Source of the DNA: a virus
Direction: 5' to 3' (one strand)
DNA: 64,000 nt
IMG/VR virus record: IMGVR_UViG_3300020198_001494
Location: 1-64,000 of that record
Under the pieces are notes generated by a model. It did not search any database, was not told where the DNA came from, and was given only the letters and a program-made list of their open reading frames with translations. Positions 22,905-33,000 of this stretch are shown one piece after another. Numbering within the stretch: position 1 is the first letter of the stretch; each line of letters begins with the position of its first letter. Position numbers and translations under genes: made by a program.

Positions 22905-25900
22905 TTAAACGTAATGATCTTTAGATCTGACGTATTTTGAGGACAACCTAGCTAATTCCTCTCTAGTGACGTATCTGCCAGAGTTTTGATCATAAACATA
23001 ACTAAAACCATTTGTTCTAATGTCTAACACTGTTTTTCTATTCTCTGAAGGGTTTATTGGGTTTACTGTTGATCTAGGTATTACTGGCGAAGCTACATTG
23101 GGTCTAGGCACAGGACTAGTAACAATAGGGCCTTTATTTACTTTAAGACCCGATGTATTTGATTGAGGTGGAATTGGATGAGGCGGTACTTTATCATGAC
23201 CGCGTGTTTTTGCTTTAACACCTTTATCCCTACCTGCTGCTACATTTCTAGCATTAATATCTCTAGAAGCTTGCGTAAGAGTACTGAGTATATCACCGAC
23301 ACCCTCTAAAAATACATTATTATGTTTTACACCAACCTTCGCCTTATCCATATCTGATCTAGGAACCATTAGATTTAATTCATAAACAACATCGTGACGT
23401 TCCCAATTACCCGGCTCCCTCATGTTGCCTATAAATTCTGCCATTTTAGCTTCATCTGATATATCTCCCAGATCATTATTTTTTGCATAGGCTAGTAAAA
23501 AGTTCCTAAGCATAACAGCAAAAAGAGGTTTATTATTTCTATATTTTATAGCCAAAACCTCTAGAAGAAGTCTTCTATGATTTGGCATATCATTTAAGTT
23601 TATATCATTATTTCTTACTAGCTCTGATAATCTATTTCTCTCATCTTGAGAGAAATTTGAATTATTAGCTAGCCATTTATTAATGTCCATAAAAACGCTT
23701 CCCAAAGTTATCGAAGCATCAGACACCATCTTTATTCGTTCATTCATATCATAGATATCTTCACCTTCACTATCTTTAAATATACCAGATCCTGGGATAT
23801 TAGCTAAAAATAGTGATCTCATAAACTCTGGTTTACTTAATCTATCCCCATTCCTAATTTTTCCTTTATTTTCTCTGTCAAATTTATCTAATTTTTTTTG
23901 ATAATCTTCAAAAGCTCTATCTATTGATTTCTTTCCCTCCTCTTTAGTTAATCCTAAAAATATAGATGCAGCGTCTGATAAAGTTGCTTCAACATCCTTT
24001 TGAGGAATACCCCAAATATTTGAGGCAGTTTCAGAAAAACCTCCAGCGAATTTTCTAGGATCAGCAAAACGAAATTCTGGTTTAGCTGTTATACGTGCTG
24101 TACCTGGATACTTATTATTTATTTTTTCATACATTTTATCTATAAGCAATAACTTACCAATAGCCTCTTCTTCTGACCAACCTGGCTGTCTTTCACCAGA
24201 TTCAAAAAATTTTTCTTGAGCTTGCATAAACTCTTGTTGAAGTTTAGCAAAATCAAAACGATCTTGTTTTTCTGGATCTTTAACTACATTAACTAAAAAA
24301 CTTTGTATAGTATCAATTATTCTATACATAGACAAATTTATTCCTGAAATCATAGTTTCAAGAAAGTTTTTAAATGCGGTAGCTGGATTATTCACAGATT
24401 CATTAAATTTAGCTGCCTGATCGCGCAAATCTTCTCCAGCCTTCTCAGCCGCTTTTCTTTTAGCGGCTGAGTCAGTGGCATCTTTTTTAGCACCAGCAGC
24501 AGCGTCTTTTGTTTTAGCTAAAGGCGACATATTACCATCTGGATAAGCCATTTTAGCCAAAAATGGTCTTATTACAGCATTAAAACTTCCTTTAAATTTT
24601 AATGCTAATAATCCTACCTCTTCATTATTTTTCCAGGCAGCGTTTTCAAAATCTTCTTTTGTGCGTAGAGGATGTCCTAAAACACCTTCCAAAACCTTTA
24701 GTAATAAAGGCTCTGCTGTGTCTTCGTTCATAAAATACTTCATGGCGGAAGTTTTAACACCTATACCAAAAGGAGTTTTTCCCTGCCCCGATCTAATTAA
24801 AGACAAAGCATTCTCTAGAGCTTTTCTTGTTAGAGTATTTGTTGGTCCCGGATCTAATTTAGCTAATTGTGTTTCAATAATACTTGCAAAATCATTATCA
24901 CTCACAAATGCTGCTGCCATATGTTCAAAATCTTCATCTTGTAATAAATTTTGTAACCCAGATACATATTCTGCTACTTGTTGACCAGACCCAAAAATTT
25001 TACTCTTATACATAGATGATAGGGCTCTAGCTGCTGCACCGGCATTTGTACCAAATCCCCTGTACCCACTAGTAACTTGCCTAAACCCTTCCATAAATCT
25101 TGGACCACTAACCGCAGATTTTTCCATCTCGCCATATAAATTACCGAAAACAACATCCATATCTTCTCTACTTAAGTTATAATCCATACCCCAAGTAGTT
25201 ATTAGTTTAGCTGCCTCATCACTAGACATTCCAAGCATCCTTCCGACTCCAACAGAATAATTTACTAAATCTGTTAAAGCAAAAGCCTCAGCGTTTACTC
25301 CATCTGACTTCTGTGCAAACCTTGGAAGATAAATCCCTTTTAGGGCTTGTTGAACACTATCAAACTCCTCTTGTCCTATGCCATATCTATTTCCTCTTTT
25401 AGAGAATCGATCACTAAGCCAGGTTTTACAATGTCTGTAAAATCCTTGCATCTTACTTTCTATAGAAGCAGCACTAACATCTGCTGATATACTAATACCT
25501 ATACCTGATGCTCCTCTGCCCTCTATTATATTTCTATTAAACTCCTTAATTTTATTTGTACCGTCTATCATAAAAGCTACTACACTTGCCAATCCACCTG
25601 CGAATGCAATAAATGGAGCGGCTGTCATTACTATAGAGGCAAACCCACCAATTGCATTTGCTGCATGAGTAGCAGTTCGCTCAATATCTCTTTTTGCTCC
25701 TCCAAAAAGTCTACCCATCACACCACTAGCGGGTTTTAGCTCTTCTTGGCGTTTTTTACTAGCCCTAGACATGCCTTTAGCTGTAACTTGAATTCTTTCC
25801 ATTTTTTTACGGGTATCAGATAGGTTACCTCTAAAAGCATCCACTATTCCAGATTTCAGATCAGTAAAAGCCTCTCCAGTGCCTTCAGTAAATCCTTTAG

Positions 25901-26504
25901 CCCCCTTTTTCATTATTTCTGTAGCTTTATCAATAACAGCAGCCTCTATAGAAGCTTTCTTTGTCATCCTACTAAATTTTAGAATTAACTGACTTAAGCT
26001 GCTTTCCTGGTTCCTTAGTGTATCTAATAACTCTGATGCTTTAGCTGGATCGTCTTCACTAAGAAACTTATTTCTTGTTTCTGCTGTTTTATTTAAAAAG
26101 TCCTTTATATGCATCTGTAAATCTAACACTGGTTTTATATTACCGGAACCTACATTTACAGCTACTTTTACATAGTCAGCTACTCTTTTATCAACAAACC
26201 TTCTAGCCTCATCTGCCTCTTCCCCCGCTCTTGGAAATAATTCTATTCCACCAATACTTTCTGCTAACTGCTCTGCTTCACTTTTTAACCTTCTATGCTC
26301 TCTTTCTACTTCCTGTAAACTGTCTATAACACCTTTAAGTTCATCAGTATCTATTGGGGATCCCTTACCCAGGGCGTTAGATAACAATTCGTTTCTTCGT
26401 CTATTCTCCGATAAAGCATCTTTTATATTATCTATATAACTTTTAACACTACTAGCAATGTTAACAGCTATATTAGCATTTTTATTATATCTTTTTTTAG
26501 CCAT
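22905..26504 (-). CDS. Tape-measure-like protein 3 (about 1199 aa; likely start ATG 26504, MAKKRY)
   Basis: Helical, Ala/Gly-rich; core KIKEFNRNIIEGRG...SAVSGPRF; N- and C-termini resemble protein 4; ATG overlaps the previous stop (ATGGCTAA). Confidence 0.6.
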   Translation of the reverse strand: MAKKRYNKNANIAVNIASSVKSYIDNIKDALSENRRRNELLSNALGKGSPIDTDELKGVIDSLQEVEREHRRLKSEAEQLAESIGGIELFPRAGEEADEARRFVDKRVADYVKVAVNVGSGNIKPVLDLQMHIKDFLNKTAETRNKFLSEDDPAKASELLDTLRNQESSLSQLILKFSRMTKKASIEAAVIDKATEIMKKGAKGFTEGTGEAFTDLKSGIVDAFRGNLSDTRKKMERIQVTAKGMSRASKKRQEELKPASGVMGRLFGGAKRDIERTATHAANAIGGFASIVMTAAPFIAFAGGLASVVAFMIDGTNKIKEFNRNIIEGRGASGIGISISADVSAASIESKMQGFYRHCKTWLSDRFSKRGNRYGIGQEEFDSVQQALKGIYLPRFAQKSDGVNAEAFALTDLVNYSVGVGRMLGMSSDEAAKLITTWGMDYNLSREDMDVVFGNLYGEMEKSAVSGPRFMEGFRQVTSGYRGFGTNAGAAARALSSMYKSKIFGSGQQVAEYVSGLQNLLQDEDFEHMAAAFVSDNDFASIIETQLAKLDPGPTNTLTRKALENALSLIRSGQGKTPFGIGVKTSAMKYFMNEDTAEPLLLKVLEGVLGHPLRTKEDFENAAWKNNEEVGLLALKFKGSFNAVIRPFLAKMAYPDGNMSPLAKTKDAAAGAKKDATDSAAKRKAAEKAGEDLRDQAAKFNESVNNPATAFKNFLETMISGINLSMYRIIDTIQSFLVNVVKDPEKQDRFDFAKLQQEFMQAQEKFFESGERQPGWSEEEAIGKLLLIDKMYEKINNKYPGTARITAKPEFRFADPRKFAGGFSETASNIWGIPQKDVEATLSDAASIFLGLTKEEGKKSIDRAFEDYQKKLDKFDRENKGKIRNGDRLSKPEFMRSLFLANIPGSGIFKDSEGEDIYDMNERIKMVSDASITLGSVFMDINKWLANNSNFSQDERNRLSELVRNNDINLNDMPNHRRLLLEVLAIKYRNNKPLFAVMLRNFLLAYAKNNDLGDISDEAKMAEFIGNMREPGNWERHDVVYELNLMVPRSDMDKAKVGVKHNNVFLEGVGDILSTLTQASRDINARNVAAGRDKGVKAKTRGHDKVPPHPIPPQSNTSGLKVNKGPIVTSPVPRPNVASPVIPRSTVNPINPSENRKTVLDIRTNGFSYVYDQNSGRYVTREELARLSSKYVRSKDHYV

Positions 26505-29500
26505 TATTTTTAATATACCTACTAACAATACTATCCCATAAACTTAATAAATCTACTTCATCTGATACTTTAATATAATGTTCTTCATATGAGGTTTTTA
26601 CTGATTTGTCAACTGGTTGTATATTATCATTATTTTGCTGATTACCTAAGATAACTATTGCTTTATCTATACTCCTATCCACATTATTAACATTTTTTAC
26701 CTCATAATCTACTTTAACTAACTCAAGAGGAATTGGTGGGGGTAACACGCTAGGTTTTGAAGATATCTCAGTTTTAGACACACTATTAAGAGACTGTTTA
26801 CCTGATGGTGGTGGGGGCCATGGAGCAAAGGCGGGGGATCCTTTTGTGTCTCGGTAACCTGGCCTCCATCTATCATCTTTTTTATTACGGATCTTTACTG
26901 TATTATTAGGTAATTTACTATCTTTAGGTTTTGAGGAAGCAGAATTCCTAACTTGAGATCTAACATTTTTTCCAACTCTATCTCCAACCCTTTTACCAGC
27001 CCTGCGACCTTCTGCTTTTCCCTCTGAAGCTGCTCTAGTTTTAGTAGTTCCTGCTTTATCTTCCGGTTTTTTAGATCCTGAAGATAACTCTGGTAATGCA
27101 CTTTTACGCCCTACATCAAACTCATAAAGGCCATAAGACTCTATTGCTCCTGTAAGTTTTCTCTTATACCCAATAGATGGTTTTCCGTCAATTAACATAC
27201 CCGGAACATCCTCTGCATAAGTACCCTCTAATCCTGATGCCCAACCAACATAGTCTTTACCCATTAATCCACTATATATTTTCTTAAGTAGTACTTTTGT
27301 ATGATCTCTGATAGAATCCTCTAAACTATCATAAACTCTGTAAACAGAACCTTCCATGGTTATTGTGTTACCCGTCCAACCACTTCCCGCCTTTACGCCA
27401 AAATAATTATTACCTTTGGTAGCTAATTCTGATGAACCTAAACCACTCTCTAATGCCCATTGTCCTACGGTGATAGAAGTAGGTATACCTGTTTCTCTCT
27501 CCTCTTTTTGAGCCATTGCTATTACTTTACGCAACATATCTGATTGTTGTTTTGACAAACGTGATGACCATACTTTCTGTTGCTCCGGTTTTGGTGGATT
27601 TATTTTAGAAAAATCTACTCCACTGGTATCTATATTAGAACCAATTTGAGGGGTACCTGAAGAAACAATAGGATCTATAGAACCAGGAGCGAGCCACCCC
27701 CACTCTAATACTCTTCTTAGACCATAAAAAAAACTATCAAATAAAGTAAGCATGTAATAACCTTTTGTTCTTAATAATATACTCCAAAATTTACCTAAAT
27801 TTTCTGTTACACTTGCTAGAACCTCAGCCATCTTTTTGTACTGATGTATATAGAGATTTACCACAGTCTCATGAGTTGCTTCATCTGAATCTCTTTTCTT
27901 TTTTACTCTATCACTAGAATCAGATTTTAATTTTATATCTGACGATACTACACCGTAATGTTTTGACAAAAATATCTTAAGATCTTCATCTGTATAGTCA
28001 AGCTCTTTCTTAGCTATTTCTACTGCCGCTAATATAGGCATGCCACCCCTCTTATTTACACCGCCTAAATTATTATCCATAAATGACTGAATTACCATAG
28101 GTTTTATTGTTTCGCTATATATGGAAGGGGCCGCCCATGCCACAAAATTCATTATCCCATTTAAATCTGGCATAGATCCTTTATGCCCGGCGAGAGCTTT
28201 CTGTAATGACTCATGCAGTCCTAATTGAGATTCTAATGACTTCTTTTCTTTATCGTCAGAAACACCAGTAAGTTTTTCTCTTAGTTTATTTATAGCAACA
28301 GGTAAAGCACCGCTAACGCTTTCCAAAGCAATTTTTGCCTTATCATCACCTAATACCATAAGATCCTTGGTCACACTTTGTATATCAAGAGATTTAGCAT
28401 GTGAAATTGACTGCTCCACCCAAGAAAACATTTGCTCCATCGTAACATTTTCTTGTTTAGATAAATCTAATACTTGTTTTTTAACTAACCTTGAAGAAGA
28501 CCCAAACATACTATATCTACTACTCAAATCAAGTATTCTACTGGTGAATTCAGCAGAATTTATTTCTCCCTCTTCAGCACCAGAAATTAAATCTACGAAT
28601 ACTTTCTCTGCCTCCTTTACTGACATACCTGTTGCAGATATTAAATTACCAAATTTGTCTGTAGCCTCACCAAAACTCTCACCGGAAACTCTTGCTACAG
28701 CAGCAAAAATTTCAAACGCTTCCTCAAAATTAGGTAATGTATCTCCTAGTATTTCTTTAGTACCAACCATACCAGCAAGATTACCTAAACTGACGCCTCC
28801 TTTAGCTAAAGATTTTATCATTTCAGCAAAGTCATCGGGGTCAATCTGCATCTTAGTATTTCCAGAAAAAATTACGTCTAATTTACTAAACATATTATGT
28901 ATTTTTTCTGGAGTGTCATTCTTTATATCTAACATAAAAGATAAACTATGAGCGCCAGATACTTCTAGTAATTTTTTATTAAAATCATACTGTTTTTCTT
29001 TCCACTTTATTATTTGTTCTATAACTTGCGCTAGTACAACTAAAATTTTTGCTGTAGCTGGCAAAGCTCTGAAAACAGCACCAATAGCTCCACCAATTTT
29101 TTTAGACAACCAAGAAAAAAGTTTAGACATACTACTTATATATAAATTACTATGTTTTTCTCCAGACTCAACTAAATTTTTTGCTTTATTAAAAACAGAT
29201 CCTATTATATCTGAAGCACCCTCCCGATCTGCCTGAGCCCTTCTTTCTTTTAGTTTTTTAACAAAATCAGTGCCATATTCTAAAGCACCTGATATAATTC
29301 TAGAAAAACCTTGGGCTTTACTTGATTTGCTATAACTAATTACTTCATCAACCATATTCCTACCTCTACCGATAAATCCAACAGTAGTTTCTGTAATTGA
29401 GTCATCTGCTTCAGCATTAAATCTATGAAATGCTTTTTCTACTATATCAATTTCATCGCTAAATTTCTCTGTTTCAACATAAAATTTATCTGCTTTAGCT

Positions 29501-30036
29501 TGCATATCATTATTTAATGCAGTTAATCTAGTTATTGCCTCCTTTTCCGTAATAGTACCTTTCTTAAAATCATCAACTATAGAATCAGATAATGATCTGG
29601 CATTATTCAAATGTATTTTTGCTGATTTTAATAAAGGAAATACCTTACTAAGTGACTTAGTTCTTACTACCACTAAATTAGTTAATTTACCAGCAACCTC
29701 ACCAATACCTGTTATTGCTTCATCAACTGAATTATAATAACTATCTATAATCGGATTTCCGGTAGATATTCTTTTTGTATAAGATCTCTTAGCTTCTCTA
29801 AAATCTTCTAAAACACCAAATAATTTATCTAGTATTTGATCTGCTGCTTCACCGTCTACACCATAAACTTTTAATTTTTTCTCAAACTCATTTCTGCTAT
29901 TTTTTATATAATCATTTACAGTATCAGTTAATTCACTAATTTCATCTAAAAACTCGTCTACACCTGTAGGTAACGTACCTGATGTTTTTAACTCTACCTC
30001 AAATTCATGTAATTTATCTTGGAGATTAAATTTCAT
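26497..30036 (-). CDS. Tape-measure-like protein 2 with C-terminal GH73 (FlgJ/glucosaminidase-like) domain
   Basis: GIPTSITVGQWALESGLG...NNYFGVKA...YDSLEDSIRDH...YAED at about 27110-27500; helical core KQYDFNKKLLEVSG. Confidence 0.75.
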   Translation of the reverse strand: MKFNLQDKLHEFEVELKTSGTLPTGVDEFLDEISELTDTVNDYIKNSRNEFEKKLKVYGVDGEAADQILDKLFGVLEDFREAKRSYTKRISTGNPIIDSYYNSVDEAITGIGEVAGKLTNLVVVRTKSLSKVFPLLKSAKIHLNNARSLSDSIVDDFKKGTITEKEAITRLTALNNDMQAKADKFYVETEKFSDEIDIVEKAFHRFNAEADDSITETTVGFIGRGRNMVDEVISYSKSSKAQGFSRIISGALEYGTDFVKKLKERRAQADREGASDIIGSVFNKAKNLVESGEKHSNLYISSMSKLFSWLSKKIGGAIGAVFRALPATAKILVVLAQVIEQIIKWKEKQYDFNKKLLEVSGAHSLSFMLDIKNDTPEKIHNMFSKLDVIFSGNTKMQIDPDDFAEMIKSLAKGGVSLGNLAGMVGTKEILGDTLPNFEEAFEIFAAVARVSGESFGEATDKFGNLISATGMSVKEAEKVFVDLISGAEEGEINSAEFTSRILDLSSRYSMFGSSSRLVKKQVLDLSKQENVTMEQMFSWVEQSISHAKSLDIQSVTKDLMVLGDDKAKIALESVSGALPVAINKLREKLTGVSDDKEKKSLESQLGLHESLQKALAGHKGSMPDLNGIMNFVAWAAPSIYSETIKPMVIQSFMDNNLGGVNKRGGMPILAAVEIAKKELDYTDEDLKIFLSKHYGVVSSDIKLKSDSSDRVKKKRDSDEATHETVVNLYIHQYKKMAEVLASVTENLGKFWSILLRTKGYYMLTLFDSFFYGLRRVLEWGWLAPGSIDPIVSSGTPQIGSNIDTSGVDFSKINPPKPEQQKVWSSRLSKQQSDMLRKVIAMAQKEERETGIPTSITVGQWALESGLGSSELATKGNNYFGVKAGSGWTGNTITMEGSVYRVYDSLEDSIRDHTKVLLKKIYSGLMGKDYVGWASGLEGTYAEDVPGMLIDGKPSIGYKRKLTGAIESYGLYEFDVGRKSALPELSSGSKKPEDKAGTTKTRAASEGKAEGRRAGKRVGDRVGKNVRSQVRNSASSKPKDSKLPNNTVKIRNKKDDRWRPGYRDTKGSPAFAPWPPPPSGKQSLNSVSKTEISSKPSVLPPPIPLELVKVDYEVKNVNNVDRSIDKAIVILGNQQNNDNIQPVDKSVKTSYEEHYIKVSDEVDLLSLWDSIVSRYIKNNG

Positions 30037-30050
30037 TTATATTTTTCTAC

Positions 30051-33000
30051 CTACTGACTAATATGACTAGGTTTACTTTTTGGAGCATGTATTACTTTCT
30101 TAGAAGTATCTGGTTGCCACCTTGGAAAATTCCTCTTCCAAAAAGAGGCACCTTCATTCGGCATTTGAAAATGTGGAGCATCATGCATTGTTGTCCAGTC
30201 GCCGCCGTAATTTTTGTGTGCTCCCCATTCTAACTTATGTTTATGTGCTAAATCCACAATCTTTTTCATAGCAGGATTTTCTGTAATACTAAACAACCTA
30301 CCCATCTTCTTTCTATCACTTTCCACAGAGAATGTCCAACCAGGGGGCCTTATATCTATAGCTCTACCATAATTATGACCACTTTCCCAGGCTCCTGCTT
30401 TAGATACACCTGGAGCTTTTATAGCTTTGCTCCTCTCAGGAGATCTCCACGTCTCAAAAATTATGGGCATTACCCCCTCTTTTCTGCAATCTGACAACCA
30501 AGCATCAACTCTAGACTTAAAATCAGGGTGTAAATGATTTAATGATGTATCTCTTGAATTCGTGTTCTCTCTAAACTTAGATAAATCATCTATTTTAGAT
30601 GTCTCTACTCTATACTCCCCATTTTTACTATCATAAACGATATCAGCATCACCAGAAGCATTACCGTAAAGGTGTCGCAATAACGGACCCCTATCATACC
30701 CGGCATCAGACACTACATCTGATATTGAAGAGGCATACATATTTTGATACCTGGCCATGAGAGTGGTCGCCAGAGACTTAACAGCCTCTGATCCTGTTTG
30801 GCCTTCCACATCTAAATTATAAACAACACTAGCTACCTCAGTTACTGGATTATTATTTGCACTCTGCCACTCTTGATAATGTAAATCTAAATTTTCTTCA
30901 CCAGCATAATGTAATTCTGGACCCTCTACTAAAGTATAGCCCACCCTAGGTAACACATTGGCGTAAATACTCTCTTTTCTAACTACTTCTTGAGAGCTAG
31001 ATAATGATGATGTATTAAATTGGCCTAAATCTAAGTTTAATTGATCTTGTCTAAGCCCAGTAGGAACTTTTATTTCACCAGTTTTTTTATCAACATAATC
31101 TTTTAACGTATCTATTATTCTATTTAAATTACCACCTACTTTTGATTGTATTTTTGGATCTTTTATGCCTTGTGTGGTAACTAACTCTTTCCATATTAAA
31201 TCTTTTTTTACTTGTATTGAATTATAAAAATCAAAATTACTATATTTCTTAAATACTTTCTTCAGATTCCCTGGCAATTTTTCATAAATAGTTTTATATA
31301 TTTTAGAATTTATTTTTCCTAAAATTTCTTTTGTAATCTCTTTTCCTACACCGCTAGCTTTAGTAACTGAAGCCAATTTTTCAGGCGTCATACCTTTTTT
31401 TCTACTATTTAAAAATGGATGAAGAAGAAAAGATCCAGGATCTACTAAAATGCTTCCCCCTGCACGAGTCCCTTGTCCTGGTTTATGCAAACGAATACCC
31501 ATGTGGATATGTGTCGGTCCTATTGACTTTCCACCAACTATCCAGGGATCAACCCAAGCGAGTACCTGACCTGCTTCTATCCTACCCCCTGTTTTAAGAT
31601 TAGCTGGAAATTTCGGACCTAAGTGAGTTATATATATCTCAAATTGCCTACCAGCAGAATCTGGATCAGTTACATAAGTAATACTAGCGCCGTAAGGATT
31701 AACTCCACCCTTAGGTTTAAAAGGGGACCAAGAACTTATTTTTATAATTTTACCCCCTCTTATTGCTAAAACTGGAGAACCGGTTGGTGCCCCTATATCC
31801 TGACCAGGATTACCCCAAAAAGACCCAGGACCGTGACCTCCCCTTTTTTTATGATCTTCCGGACCACCAATATTTTTAATATCCCTTACCTCATTAGAAA
31901 ATGGAAAAACATAATCACCTATATGAACTATTGAATCCGGAGTTACTGATACTGGACCAGTAACAACCCCAACATTACTACTACCACCACTAAAACCAAG
32001 TTTAGCTAACTTTTCTAACCAATCTACTATTGCATCAACACCAACAGCTAAAGCACTATCTTTTGCAATCCATCCTACTAATGTATTAACGAAATATTCT
32101 AGCCCTATTTTAAGTACTTCAGTAAAATCTTTGGTTCCAGACAGTATTCTGGCACCCATAAAGTCGTGTATTTCAGAAAATTTTACTGTAAGAGACTCTA
32201 AACCTTTTTGGTCTTTCTTTAAAAGATCTGCTAAGGAATCTGCATTTTTTGAACCATCCACATTATCTTTAGACTCTGAAAATTTCTCTGCTACAATAAG
32301 TTTTATATAAGCAGGATCCTTACCGTACATCTTTACAACATCTCCTAATCTAGCAACAAGTTCAGCGCGGTTATTTGGAATTTTACCAAACTTTTCTTTA
32401 ACTAAATCTAATAGCTGTTTTTTATCTCTTTCTATAAGAGGTGATATAACAAATTTCTGTGCTGTATACAACATACTAGCAATTTCATCCATATTATTAA
32501 CATCAACGTTCCCGAAAATTTTAAGGAAATGCTTAAGATTACTTATCTCAGTTTCCGCCATTATTATCTTTTCTGTATCATGAGATTTTCTATAATGGCC
32601 AATAGAACTTTCTACCTCTTTTATTTTTGCATGAACTGAAGAAACTATACTATCTACTAGTGCTTGATTATCACCATTGGAAGCTAACAAGCTATCTCTT
32701 AGTAACTCTAACGGATCCTTATCTGTTTTTCTTTCTATCAAATCACCCATTAATTTATTGGCTTGTTCCCAGCCAAATACCCCAGTTCTTACTGCTTTTA
32801 ATAACAGGTGCCCTACTTGAGTAGATTTATTATTAAATAGATTTAGTCTATTTGATATATTAGTAACAGCTTTTAAAAAATCTGAAGGATTAACATCTGC
32901 TAATTCTGACATATTGTATATAGTAACTAAATCATCATTTATAGAATCAAAAGACTGACCAAATCCACTTACCCAATTACCCACATGTTGAGCTAATTCT

